NCBI RefSeq assembly: GCF_016432865.1
Contig: NC_067400.1
Location: 442,680,001-442,744,000, forward strand
Direction of reading: 5' to 3'
Origin: Antechinus flavipes
Taxonomy: Eukaryota
DNA: 64,000 nt
Positions 12,171 to 25,260 of this stretch are shown here, piece after piece. The translations under genes and the position numbers were made by a program. Position 1 is the stretch's first letter. The number at the start of each line of letters is the position of its first letter. The notes beneath the pieces were generated by a model. The model had not been told where the DNA came from and ran no database searches. It saw only the letters and a program-made list of their open reading frames with translations.

Positions 12171-13762
12171 CTGCTGGAAAAATTGAAAATTAGTATGGCA
12201 GAAACTAGGCATTGATCCAAACTTAACATCATATACCAAGATAAGGTTAACATGGGTTCATAATTTAGGCATAAAGAATGAGATTATAAATAAATTAGAA
12301 AAACATAAGATAGTTTATTTCTCAGACCTGTGGAGGAGGAAGGAATTTGTGACCAAAGAAGAACCAAAGATCATTATTGATCACAAAATAGAAAATTTTG
12401 ATTATATCAAATTGGAAAGCTTTTATAAAAACAAAACTAATGCAGACAAGATTAGAAGGGAAACAATAAACTGGGAAATCATTTTTACATTTAAAGGTTC
12501 TGATAAAAGCCTCATTTCTAAAATATATAGAGAATTAATTCAAATTTATAAGAAGTCAAGCCATTCTCCAATTAATAAATGGTCAAAGGATATGAACAAT
12601 TTTCAGATGAAGAAATTGAAAGTATTTCTAGCCATATGAAAAGATGTTCCAAGTCATTATTAATCAGAGAAATGCAAATTAAGACAACTCTGAGATATCA
12701 CTACATACCTCTCAGACTGGCTAGGATGACAGGAAATGATAATGCAGAATGTTGGAGGGGATATGGGAAAATTGGGACACTGGTACATTGTTGGTAGAAT
12801 TGTGACCGGATCCAACCATTCTGAAGAGCAATTTGGAACTATGCTCAAAAAGTTATCAACATGTATAGGACTGCTTGCCATCTGGGAGAGGGGGTGGAGG
12901 GAGGGAGGGGAAAAATCGGAACAGAAGTGAGTGCAAGGGATAATGTTGTAAAAAATTACCCTGGCATGGGTTCTGTCAATAAAAAGTTATTAAATAAAAA
13001 AAAGTTATCAAACTGTACATACCCTTTGATCCAGCAGTGTTACTACTGGGCTTATCTCCGAAAGAGATCTTAAAGAAGGGAAAGGGACCTGTATGTGCAA
13101 AAATGTTTGTGGCAGCCCTCTTTGTAGTGGTCAGAAACTGGAAATTGAATGGATGCCCATCAATTGGAGAACGGCTGAATAAGTTGTGGTATGTGAGTGT
13201 TATGGAATATTATTGTTCTGTAAGGCCTGGAGAGACTTACATGAACTGATGCTGAGTAAGATGAGCAGAACCAGGAGATCAATACTTCAACAACACCACT
13301 ATATGATGATCAATTCTAATGGATATGGCTCTCTTCAACAATGAGATGAACCAAATCAGTTCCATTTGTTCAATAATGAAGAGAACCAGCTACACCCAGC
13401 AAAAGAACTATGGGAAATGAGTGTGAACCACAACATAGCATTTCCACTCCCTCTGTTTTTTTCCATTTGCATTTTTGTTTTCCTCAGGTTATTTTTATCT
13501 TAGTTCTAAGTCCATTTTTTTTTTTTTGCGCAACAAAATAACTATATGGATATATATACATATAATGTATTTAACATATACGTTAACATATTTAACATGT
13601 ATTGGTCTACCTGCCATCTAGGGGAAGAGGTAGGGGGAAGGAGGGGAAAAGTTGGAACAGAAAGTTTTACAAGGGTCAATGCTGAAAAATTACCCATACA
13701 TATATTTTTTAAATAAAAAGCTATATTTAAAAAGGGGAGGGGGGACATCAGTAAAAAAAAAG
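12171..13762 (+). mobile_element. 5'-truncated L1 (ORF2 C-terminal part + 3'UTR), inactivated, carrying a nested L1
   Basis: ORF-track fragments such as KTTLRYHYIPLRLARM...CWRGYGKIGTLVHCW and GCPSIGERLNKLWY are L1 ORF2 motifs. Frameshifted. Imperfect TSD AAAAAGAAGTTTTA (12157) / AAAAAGAAATTGTA (13763). Confidence 0.92.
12860..12998 (+). mobile_element. 139-bp young L1 3' terminus nested in an older L1, 13-bp TSD
   Basis: AAAAAGTTATCAA at 12847-12859 and 12999-13011. The host L1 reads continuously once the insert is removed. Confidence 0.92.
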
Positions 13763-13794
13763 AAAAAGAAATTGTAAAATAACTATTCTGGGAA

Positions 13795-14045
13795 ATGTTG
13801 CTATTCAATCATCCAATTTCTCATGATTTGATTTGACCATGTGGGCTTTTCTTGGTGAAGATACTAAAATTGTTTGCATTTCCTTCTCCAATTCATTTTA
13901 CAGATGAGGAAACTGAGGCAAAAAAAGGTTAAATGACCTGCCCAGGGTCATACAGCTATAAGAAATTGAAGACAGATTTGAACTCAAGAATTAATTTTCC
14001 TGACTCCATGCCTGATACTCTACCTATTACACCTCTAAGCTGCCC
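13795..14045 (-). mobile_element. MAR1-like CORE-SINE
   Basis: TTTGCATTTCCTTCTCCAATTCATTTTACAGATGAGGAAACTGAGGC...TGACCTGCCCAGGGTCATACAGC. Confidence 0.8.
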
Positions 14046-14769
14046 TATGAGATGAAAAAGATGTATTCAGTGGAAGAATTACTGTAAAGCAATGACATCT
14101 AGATAAGGCTGAATATCATAGTTGCTATGCAGGGTGAAATCCATTTAATTTCCTGATTTTCTCTGTAATACATAGCACCCCAGACTAGATGCAGAAATAT
14201 CAGATTGAATCCTGGGGGAAGACTTAGGAAGTGAGAAGCAGAAGATTCTAGGGCAATGAGTGCATAAAGAGTAAATAAATAAATGAGAGAAAAAGACTTT
14301 TGGTTCAGATGGCAGCATGAGATCCTAGAGAAACCCTTCTCCCAGAAACAAAAAGTCTATTCACAATTACTATAATATTGCAAAGTAAAATAACTTGAAA
14401 AAACTTAATTGATCAGTGACATAATTGATCTTGATAATAGAAAACTGTTGATGGAGCATATTTCCTGCTTTTAGGCAGAGAGGTTGCAGAATGTGATAGA
14501 TATTTTTAGACTTTAGTAGGATAAACTTGTTTTTTATAAGAGAGAGCTGGTACATGGAGTAGGGTAGAAGGGCAGGAAAGAATTACGAGGTTCAATAACA
14601 AGACAGTAATAATGATGCAAAAGGAAAAAAGAGCATTAGTGAAACATTTTTAAAACACACAGGAGAGAACAGAAGGAACAGAATGAGACACAGACAAATG
14701 TTGATATTATTGTATTAAATGCAATATGTACTTAGATAAGAAATAAGCTTGTTATGTAATGATGGTGAT

Positions 14770-15010
14770 GATGATACTTAACACATATAGTACAATGTGC
14801 CAATGCTTTGACATTTGTCTTATCTGAGTCTCACAACAACCTTAAAAGATAGGTGCTTTTATTATCCCCTTTTTTGCAAAGGAGATAACTGAGACAAAAT
14901 AAAGATTAAATGATTTGTTCAAAGTCACACAGCTACAAAACATCTGGGTTCAAATTTTAATTCAAGTCTTCCAGAATTCAAGTCCAATATTCTATATACT
15001 CTGCCATTTA
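14770..15010 (-). mobile_element. MIR SINE
   Basis: CTCACAACAACC ... ATTATCCCC ... AAATGATTTGTTCAAAGTCACACAGC. Confidence 0.7.
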
Positions 15011-15081
15011 ACTGCAAAAGAAATTCACCATTTCATGAATAATCTGTGTTTCTTTTTTAATATGGAGGTATCCATTTATGG

Positions 15082-15408
15082 TAATATTTGCCATTTATAA
15101 TTTTAAAAATATAAAATGAGTTAACAAAAAACAAACATTTATTTATTATTTAGTATGTGCTAGGTCTTGCACTAAGAGTTAGGAATAAAAATGAGAAAAA
15201 GGAGCAGCTTCTGCCAAGCAGCTTATATTCTTTTGGTTCAACTAATATGATAATACTTGTCCTGTTTATAATTTTAAAAATATAAAATAAATGAAAAAGG
15301 CATTTATTTATTGTTTAGTATTGCTAAGTCCTTCACTAAGAATTGGGAATAAAAAAGAAAAAGGAGGCTCTGCCAAATAGCTTATATTCTTTTAGTTCAG
15401 ATAATATG
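15082..15408. repeat. Two-copy tandem duplication, period 171 bp, of an L2-tail-like segment
   Basis: TTTATAATTTTAAAAATATAAAAT at 15094 and 15265, with GCTTATATTCTTTT(G/A)GTTCA in both copies. Confidence 0.85.
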
Positions 15409-15630
15409 TCAGTGTGAATGGCAGTTAGGGAAGGGAATGACTACAGAGATAGTTACATGGCAGCTATGTCAATCTATAGAGCAAGTAAGTGACACAACCA
15501 ACAGCTTCTGGAGCAAAGACATTATGGTAGTATTCCTCTGATTAGTAAACCTAAAGAAAGTGGTAGAAGGATGTAGAAAAGTTCAATCAGATCAGACAGC
15601 AAAATAACCTGGATGAACTACTGACTGGAT

Positions 15631-16131
15631 TGTAGTGTTCTTCTCTAAAATATAATGTTTTCTGGAGGCAGGTTTCTTGGGGAGCTTCTGGAGGCAGCCT
15701 TAGTTTCAGTTCAGATAATCACCTCAAATGTAGCCAGGAGTTAAAGTCCAAATCCTTTATTTTCTCTTTCAAGTATTGTCTCCTTCCTTGGGCCAGTTAG
15801 CTTTCTTAGAGGCCTATCTCTCTCCTTGAAAGAGCTTCTCCAGCTTCAGCCTTCAGCCAGCACAAAGGTGGAATATGGAATGAATCTGACTCCGCCTCCA
15901 AGAGTGGGTTTGCATCTTCTGACTTGTGAATCTCCTGGACTCAATCCTGGTTAAGGCTCCTAGCTTATATATGCTCTCTTAAAAGTGTGAATCTTAAAGG
16001 TGTTAAAGGTGTGAACTCTAATAAGTACTAAGTACATTAGTGAACTAGAGAACTGTTAAATACCATACTAAATTAGATAATTATTGTCTCTTTCAATTCC
16101 AGTGACTTAGCACCTTGTAAGAATTCTAACA
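15631..16131 (-). mobile_element. Solo LTR (501 bp), ERV2/betaretrovirus-type, related to the provirus LTR
   Basis: TG...CA termini and 6-bp TSD CTGGAT/CTGTAT (1 mismatch). Minus strand starts TGTTAGAATTCTTAC...TGCTAAGT, like provirus TGTTGGAATCCTTAC...TGCTAAGT. Has TATATAA and an AATAAA (TTTATT at 15756-15761). Confidence 0.88.
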
Positions 16132-18109
16132 CTGTATTGGCAACCACTGTCCCATTGGTGGCTGGGGAATAGCTAGATATAAAGGGATCTTTGAGTTTGT
16201 ACCTATTCACCAACTCAAGACTAGAGTTCTAAAGCTGTATGAATGAATACCCTAAGAGACTAGGGACATTTCTCCAGCAATTTGGTCTGCAGTGCTGCTT
16301 TAGATGGGAAGAAATGAGACAGCAGTAAAGTTGCTAAGATATCTGAGGAAGACAGCTAACTGGAAGGAGAAGACTATTCATACTTGAAATTATAAAGTGG
16401 TAGAATATGGACAAGGTCAAAGATAGAGGAATAAAATAGATGGATGCTCAGGAAATTAGGGAAGTTGAATGCACTTTTCATTGCCATTTTTCCTTTTGTG
16501 TTTTTGCTTTGCTGTAGAGTCTAAGTTCTTTAGATAAATTTTTGTTAGTGACCTATATTTCCTATCCTCATCTTGGGTGAATTAGATCACTGACAGAGAC
16601 TATAATTTATGCTTCTTCCAGATCTCATCCAACTCTAATTGATTATGACTATAGTCAGGTGAGACATAAATTAGTGGTCTCAATCTAAAGCTCATCATTA
16701 CTATGTCACATTAATTAGTGTTTAGTCTAGCTAGTAATGGATTAACTTTAAGTGCTTCAATGAGGAAATCTATTGCAGATGAGTCAAGAAGATATGGGTG
16801 CAATTTGAGATCTTAGAAACAAGAAAAAGCATATGAGTCTCTGCAAAGTCCTTGAGGCAAAAGTTCACAAAGATTCACAGAAATGGGGAACTAAATGAAA
16901 GCACAGTGGACAAATGCACCACAATTAGGGAGAGGATGCAGGTGATGATCCAGTAAAGGATTTTGAGAAAAAGAAGTCAAAAAGACAGAAGAACTGAGAA
17001 TGAGTAGCATTTCAAAAACTCAAAGAAAGAACAGATAAGGAGAAAGGGATGATCAAAATGGTTAGGGCCAAAAATGATAAGATTTTGAATATATACCATG
17101 GGGTCTATGGAATAACATTGTCAAATTCATCCATCAACAAGGTATTACTGAGCACCAAAGAACAGGCAATGCTATGATAAATATTTTCCTTTTCATCTTT
17201 AGCCTTAAACATACTTCATCCATTAAGCCATTCATTCTCAAATCTCTCATACCAGATATTTTTCAAAATTTGGCTAAATCTGAACTTAGCAGTCTTTGCC
17301 CTGACATACAGCATTTTATAGAGAAGATAAGAAGTTGAGAAGAGCTTTGACATGCATGGCACTATTTCTTCTTCATTTAGGCCAGACTGACATCTCCCCT
17401 TCCATTCTAGTTCCATATGCCAATTAAGATACTCTCATCACTGGACATGCTAAGATCATTATTTTTGGTGTCTACACAGAAGATTCCTAGGAGTATTTTG
17501 GATTTCTCATTTCATGCCCACTTTGGACAAGGTTTATATTGATAGGGAATACTGGTTTTCCAGATGCTGTAGTTTCTTAATCATAAATGAGTCTAACTTA
17601 GAAGACAGTTTTTTTCTCATAATCATGATATGATGATGTTTCAAAGCCAACTGGCAATTCAGCTTCTCCTTTCCAGATAAAAAGGGATGAGACTGACAAA
17701 TAGTCATGTTGAAATAACAAGCAATTACTGTACATTTTGTCCTAATTCTAAAGGTAGAAGAATGATTGCAGCAGCTATAAAATGACTCCGTAACTTGACC
17801 TCGTAAAGTAAAAATGCAAAACGATTTGAAGCACACATGAAATTGGAAAATCAGCATTTGCTTTGCTTAGCATTAGCTGAAATCACCTACACTGCTGAAA
17901 GACAATCCTAAAATCCTTGAAATGGCTGCTCTTGTGGGACACAAAAGATTAAATCCATGGTCGATTTCAGTGTGTTGGGTATTATAATACCCTGGATATA
18001 GTGAATAAGTGCTTTATAGATTGTCAGAAATCAAATGAGAAACATGGTTTGGACTTCAAGTGCTAGAGGGATTTTTGGGGGGAGGGAGAGGGAGTGATGG
18101 TCAAGACTG

Positions 18110-18290
18110 TGGGGGTAAATTCCCTCAACCAAAGTGCTCTTCTGCTTATAGTTATTTGGGGGTGAATGAAAGGTTAAGAAACTTGTCTCAAGTCCCACAA
18201 CCAGTGGAAGTCAGGGACAGGTCTTAAATTCACATCTCAGACACAAGTCTCTTGGACTCAGACCAGTTTTCTAAATACTACTGAACATTG
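18110..18290 (-). mobile_element. Marsupial CORE-SINE fragment
   Basis: AGGTTAAGAAACTTGTCTCAAGTCCCACAACCAGT CORE-like motif. Confidence 0.5.
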
Positions 18291-20214
18291 ACTTCATAAA
18301 GGTATTGCTCCAAGACCTAGATTGACATAAGAATTTTCTTGTCTAGATTTCATTAAGACTTTATAGTTCCTTAAAACTATATTGCAGCAGATTCAACTCA
18401 CAACATTTTCTCAGAACAAAATTCAACTTAAGTAAGCATTTATTAAGTACATGCAATGTGCAAGACATCACCTTACTTACTAAGAATAGAGATTGTCCTT
18501 GCCCTCAGGGAGCTTAGATTCTAACAAATAAATAACTAGACAGATAAGTAAATAAATAAATGGATGGATGGATTAATTAATTAATAGAAATTTTAAAAAG
18601 ATAATGGTGAAGAAGGCGCTTCAAAAGAACTCAGATGCAGATTCCAGTAAGCTTTTCAAAAAAAGAATTCCTAGGCAAACATTAAGACAACAAATGATGA
18701 GTCTTTTTTATTAATCTGGGTGCTTAGAGGCCTAAGCAACATTGATTTTTTTATGGGTGAAAATTCTAGTTCACAGTACATATATATAGCACTTTACAAA
18801 GTCCTTTCTTTATTTTAATCCTATAAGGAAAAGAAAAACAAATAAAAACAACAAAGTTCATTTAAAAGTGTGATTCCTCTATTTGTGCATGTCAATCACA
18901 AAATTGTCACTGTGTTCTTCAACCAATACATAAATTGAGAATCCATAAAATTCTTTAACTTCTGATTGATAGTTTCTATTCCCTTAGGAAGAAGATAGGG
19001 TATATTGGTTTTTCAGATGCTGTAGTTTCTCAGTTATAAATGATTCTAATCCAAAAGGCAGATTTTTTTTCTCATAACCACAATTTGATGTCTAAAAGCC
19101 AATTGGCAATCCAGCTTCAAGGAAATATGTGAAAATAAAGTATGGCTCTTGCTCACATAATTTATAATCCACAAGAAAGGAAACATACTCACAAAGAAGC
19201 ATCAATAATGTATGTATGTGTATATACATACACATATATATAACTTTGATATTGCATCCAAGTTTTAGCACCTATCCCCATCTCTTCTTCATTTTCACCT
19301 TAAAGCCTGCATATACAGGAATGTCCATACTCTATCACCAGCTTGAAAATTCTTTCAATATAATCCTAGGCACCACCTAATTTGTCTTGTTCCTCACTGC
19401 AAATATAACATGCAAGCTTCAGTGAAAAAAAAAAAAAAAAAAAAAAAAACATTGGACTAGAAATCCAGAGACCCAGCATCCAGCCTGTTTTAAGATTAAC
19501 TGCTATTAAGAATTTTCAAAAAGCTAAATTAATATCCCTAAACTTTCTGAGTTTCTTCCTTTATCTAGAAAAGATGTTTGAACTTGATAATCAATAAGAT
19601 TCCTTCTAGTTTTAATATTCTAGGATTGAAATTTATTCTGTGTATACATATGTACATATACTAATGATGTTCCACTACATTCTTTAACCAACCAACACTG
19701 TTTTGTGTTAAATATCCTGTTTACTTTAACTAAAATCTTACTTTCTCCTTGCAATCTTTCCCACTGAAGACTAGTTTATTACATTTTCCTATGTTACATA
19801 TGGAGATAGCAAAGGATTAATATAATTTTTATTCTCCACTATCACCTTATACAGAGGGTACTTTTACCGTATCTCCATTCCTCAATATGCTTGTCAGTTC
19901 ATGCAATGCATCCATCATAAAGAACTAGACACATATGACTGTTATGTTTGTGCTGGTCAGATTCTCCCCATCCTCATGGTTGTCATTTACTGACTTCCAA
20001 GTCACTCTCCCATTTTCTCAATTTCTTTGTCAACTCTTTTGTTGTCCTCTTCTTCCATTGATCCCATACCATAACCTTTACCACATTCACAACTTTGCTA
20101 AGATCCTGATCATACCATTTTTCAAATTCCACTCTCTAATGCCCTCATCATTTCAACACCATCAGCCGGTGCAACAAAAAGAACAGCTACTATAACCACC
20201 AGCAGCAACCCCAA

Positions 20215-20450
20215 CTAATATTTATATAACACTTTAAGGTTTGCGAAGTATTGTACAAGTATTATCTCATTTGGTCCTCACAACAACTCTAGGACATAGA
20301 AGCTATTATTTCCTCATTTTAAAGATAATAAAACTGAGAGACATAGACTAAATAGCTTACCCAACGTAACACAATTAGTAAGCTCAGAGAGGAGATATTT
20401 TTTTCTCATCTTTAGATCCAGTATTCTATCCATTGTGCCACCTAGCAGCA
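20215..20450 (-). mobile_element. MIR SINE
   Basis: ATAACACTTTAAGGTTTGC...ATTATCTCATTTGGTCCTCACAACAAC...CCATTGTGCCACCTAGC. Confidence 0.8.
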
Positions 20451-20519
20451 CCATGTTCAAAATCTTGAACTTCCTATCCATATTTTCTCATTATTACATT
20501 TAACTTCTTATTCAACATC

Positions 20520-20720
20520 ATCAAAATGTAACCAAAATAGGTGCCACACTTTAAAAAGAATATTGATAAGTTTAAGAACATCCAAGAAAAGCAGCATGAT
20601 TAGTAGAAAGTTGTGTCATATGAAGAATAATTGAATATATTCAAGGATACATAGCAATATTTGAGATGTGGAAAAGGGAGCAGACTAACCTGCTTGGCCT
20701 GAAAGGATAGATGATGCATA
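20520..20720 (+). mobile_element. CR1/L3 3' fragment
   Basis: GTGCCACACTTTAAAAAGAATATTGATAAG...CATCCAAG resembles the CR1 WAPHFKKDIDKLE motif. Highly degenerate. Confidence 0.55.
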
Positions 20721-20949
20721 ACAGCTCATTGATTTATTCATTTTCCAATATTCAAAAGCTGTTGTTGTTTTTGATTAATCACTGTCATTCACCCTTCACA
20801 TTGATAACAAAGTCATAACTATTCTAATATCACGTTGTCTCTTGAATCCACCTCTTCTCCTTTGTTCTCATTTCCCTCATTCAAAGCGAGAGCCTTATTA
20901 TTACCCAAAAGTTCTCCTAAAAATCTCCTTTAAAAAATTGATCTTTCCA

Positions 20950-21180
20950 CTTTTGTTGTGTTGTCCAGTTATGTGAGACTTTGTGACTCCATTTGGAAGT
21001 TTCTTGGCATAGAGGCTGAAGTAGTTTATGATTTCTTTCTCTGGCTCATTTTACAGATGAGGAAAGTAAGGCAAAAACAGTCAATTGTTTTGTCCAGCTA
21101 ATAATGATGTGAAACTGGTTTTGAACTCAGATCTTCCTGATTCTAAGCCTGATACTCTATCCACTGTATCCCCTAGCTTT
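20950..21180 (-). mobile_element. MAR1-like CORE-SINE
   Basis: GACTTTGTGACTCCATTTGG...TTTCTTGGCA...CTCATTTTACAGATGAGGAAAGTAAGGC. Confidence 0.8.
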
Positions 21181-21394
21181 CCACTTCTCCCTACCTATGT
21201 TTGATCAATCTTTGGTTTGCTGCCAGAATAATCTTCTGTAGTGGAATATTGATTTGGAGTTATAGGTGTACAAATGTAAAATTCAAAGGAACCTTAGAGA
21301 TCAGATATTTGAACTTACTTATTTGACAAGTGAAGAAATCAAGGTTAAGGAACATTAAATGAATTGTTCAAGTTCATTCAAGTAATAAATCCCA

Positions 21395-21896
21395 TGAATA
21401 CAGAGAGGACTGGCGAGACTTACATGAACTGATGCTGAGTGAAATGAGCAGAACCAGGAGATCATTATATACCTCAACAACAATACTATTTGAGGATGTA
21501 TTCTGATGGAAGTGGATCTCTTCAATAAAGAGAGCTAATTCAGTTTCAATTGATCAAGGATGGACAGAAGCAGCTACACCCAAAGAAAGAACACTGGGAA
21601 ATGAATATAAACTGTTTGCATTTTTGTTTTTCTTCCCGGGTTATTTATACCTTCTGAATCCAAATTCTCCCTGTGCAACAAGAAAACTGTTTGGTTCTGC
21701 ACACATATATTGTATCTAGGATATACTGTAACCTATTCAACATGTAAAGGACTGCTTGCCATCTGGGGGAGGGGGTGGAGGGAGGGAGAGAAGGGAAAAA
21801 TTGGAACAGAAGTGAGTGCAAAGGATAATGCTGTAAAAAATTACCCTGGTATGGGTTCTATCAATAAAAAGTTATTAAAAGTAAAAAATAAAAAGT
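21395..21896 (+). mobile_element. 5'-truncated L1 3' end with 12-bp TSD, inserted in a MIR-like element
   Basis: TAATAAATCCCA at 21383-21394 and 21897-21908. Starts TGAATACAGAGAGGACTGGCGAGACTTAC. Confidence 0.92.
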
Positions 21897-24839
21897 TAAT
21901 AAATCCCAGAGGGGGATTTTTGAAATCAGGTCCACTGGCCCTTTCCACAATATTCCACTAAGAAACTAGAGATTATATATGCATGAGGAACTCTGGGTAG
22001 AGTCTATGGGCATAGAACCCCACCAATAAAAAAGTTCCTTACTAATGAATTTGGGATCAGTATCATTCTGTGATAAATCTGCATATGCCATAAATCTGAT
22101 CATGTCAATCTTCCTCACAACCTAATGCTCAAATGCTACCTTTTCTATAATTCTTTAGAAAGCAGTTTTTCAAAGTTTTAAGAACATTTTTCATATGTTA
22201 AATTATAAGGTTCATGTTTTCCTTCATGTTATTGTCTATTTCTGAATAGGCAATCATTGTGGTTCTCTTCACACAGAGCTTCTAAAAGCTTGGGATGAAA
22301 TTATGAAGCTCTGTTTACAAAAACACTTCATTACTGTGCTATTTTTAGAAGTACGTTGCTGCGTCCAGCACCCTATACCAGCAATAGATTACAAGGCCGT
22401 TTAATGTAGCATATTATAATTATTTGTGACAAAGTGCTTCTATGTGTCAGTCCCATGCAGCGTTATTTCCCAGAACAATTGATTTTAGAGGAGAGTGGCT
22501 GAATTTGTGCCACAGTAGCTATGAGGATGATATTTCTAGTTTAATATCACCTCCCAGCAAACTGTCTTTTCCACTTCCAGTCATGAGGAAGGTGCTAAAG
22601 ACTTCTTTTTAGAGCCATGTTTGATGGGTGTCATACATCATCTGTGACTTGTTCTCTTGACAAGGAAAATGTTATCGTCTCCTAACAAGAATGGGATAGA
22701 TTCTTTGTAGCTTATTCTACCAAAGCCCACCAAATCTGGGATTTTGCTAGTGCTGAGAGTTACTTTCAGAGTTCCTGGTCTCTTTTTCCCATTTCCACGG
22801 GCTATAAAACAAAAATGACCCAAACTACATTGTGAGGCATTTCATACTACAACCGAAATCTATCCCAAGACAAATCCTGTTTCCGTTTTGGAGTCAGGAA
22901 GTTTAGCATTCAAATCCCACCTCAAATACTTAATATCTGACATTGCTATCTTGAGATAAAATCTTTTCTCTGAAACCCTCATCTTCTAATTGATGACTCA
23001 GTCCTCAAAACCAGGATTTTAGGAAAGAATCTCCATGCCTGAATTTTTATTTCTTATTTTTAGCTTGACCTGCTGCATTGTTCTTTTCCTCTCCCTATCC
23101 CCTTTCCAGTTCCCTTTTACTCATTATCTTCAGGAATTTGAATGTAATCTTGTTGAGGGCAGAGACTGACTTTTTTTTTTACTCACATCTATACCTTCAT
23201 CTGTTAGAATAATACTCATGCACCGTGTGGTTAACAGATGTTCATTTGTTCTATCTATTTATCTATCTGCTAGTTTTCATATAGAGAGTTCCTCACACAG
23301 ATACAATCAAAATTCCAGGCCAAAAAACAAAATAAAATGATGTTAATTATTAGATACCAGTAAATATTTTACTTCTTACATTACAGATCCTTGAAGTATT
23401 GAGGTATATTGAAGTATTGACTTTTTAAGTGCATTTTATGGTATGATATTCTAATGTGTTGAAAGTTAGTGATGGAGACTAACTTTTTAATGGCTAGAAT
23501 ATTTGACTAAGAGAACATTCCACTCATCTGGATCATCCAGTTTCTGAGGAACACTAATGGAACATCAGACAATCCAATTACCCTAGACAATATGACCACC
23601 CCATACATGTATCTTTTGCAACACTGAAGAGCATTTTACAGGATGATAAATACTTTACATGACTACATCCATTTTCCATACTGAGCAGCCAGACTTCTGC
23701 TTAAACTAATTATGGTTATCAGATTAATGACAAAATAGTCCTTGAATCCCACTATCCAAAACTGAATTTTTCATTTTTTTCCTTCCATTATGAAAAGATA
23801 ACTACATAGACTTTATTCCATAAAAACAAGTTTTCTGCCGTCATCACTTCCAATATATTTTCTTCATGAAAAGGTGATTATTCTCTTGGCAAAGATCAGA
23901 ACATCAGCTGAGTCACAAGTAACCTGACATTTTTTTCCAAGAGTTTATGCTACAAATGCCAGCAAGAATTAATCATCCAGTGTACTTCTGTTTGCTCTCA
24001 GACAATGTTCCTAAATTAGCAGCCTTTATGCTTTAAATTCTTTTGACTTAATTGATGAATGTAATAATTAAATGCAGACTATGGGCAGAGCATACTGTGC
24101 TATAGGAGATATAATAAAGTTCCTGAGAACATGAGGTCAGCCTAAAATGGAACTAAGGCAGGCTTCAGAGCAAACACTCTTAAAATGTCTAATAAGAGTT
24201 TCTTTTCCTTTCTAGGTTATCTTCAGTCTTCAGATATTTATACATGTTTCCTCAGTCTAGTAACACAAATAGGACAAGAAGGATTGTGTTTGTTGAGACA
24301 GAAGGAAGTAGGTCCACTAAACCCAAACAAATTCATGATACCTGGTGGACATTTCAATGTGTGATTTGCCAGCTATGGAGGAAGAAGGAAAGCTGGGCAC
24401 CAATTAAATGTAACTTTCTCCATAGAGCGGATAGATTTCTGAAATAGTGGTCATAAAATAGATTTCTGTACAATTAAGTGAGTTTCCTATTGATTTCCCT
24501 TACAAAGAAAGAGATAGTTAAATAGGTGCTGATTATATATGCCAAGAGAAGAATAGAAGCTGATCTGAGCTGTGACAAACAACCCTTGGCAGGAAATTTT
24601 TTTCCATTTCTTGTGACTGCACTTTGCCTCTGATGACAGAGATTAGAGTAACTAGAGATGGGAACAGCTGCTGTTTGCAATTCTCCATCATGACAACTAT
24701 TCTTCTTCCAGCATCTCCTCGGTCTCTTCTTCTCTGCATCCTTTCTATTAAATGATGACCTTATGAAGAAAAGGATGTAAGAGATGCAAGCCATAACTAT
24801 GTAAACTATCCATCTTTCAAAAGCTCTATTTCTTCAAAT

Positions 24840-25260
24840 AGAGGCACTTTATGGACAAGTGGATAGAATATTAAGTTTGGGAATAGTGCAAGGGAAAAGA
24901 ATATTAAATTTAGAGCCAGAGCACTTGGGTTTGCATATTACTTCTGACACTTACTGCCTGTGTACTCTTGGACAAGTCATTTAATCTCTCTTGACCTCAG
25001 TTTCCTCAAATGTAAAATTCAAAAGTCGGAATGGAAGACTTCAAAGTTCCCTTCCATTTCTAATTCTGTAATCCATTATTGATCCTTACTTAGCTGTGTG
25101 ATCATAAACCAAGCATTCAACCTTTCTGAATTTCCTCATCTACAAAATTATAACGAAATATGCCTTACACAGTTGTGAGACTCAAATGAGAAGATATATG
25201 AGATGTGTTATTAACTTTAAAGTGTTATAAGAATATCAGTTAATATTCAGTGCTCAAAGA
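24840..25260 (+). mobile_element. Tandem MIR fragments
   Basis: CTTGGACAAGTCATTTAATCTCTC...CCTCAGTTTCCTCAAATGTAAAA and a second CORE at ~25090-25150. Confidence 0.7.

Noticed and set aside
12349-13249. Cluster of 64-96 aa ORFs with L1 ORF2 similarity (also 38977-39231 and 59124-59306)
   Set aside because: Frameshifted fragments of truncated, dead L1 copies, not genes.
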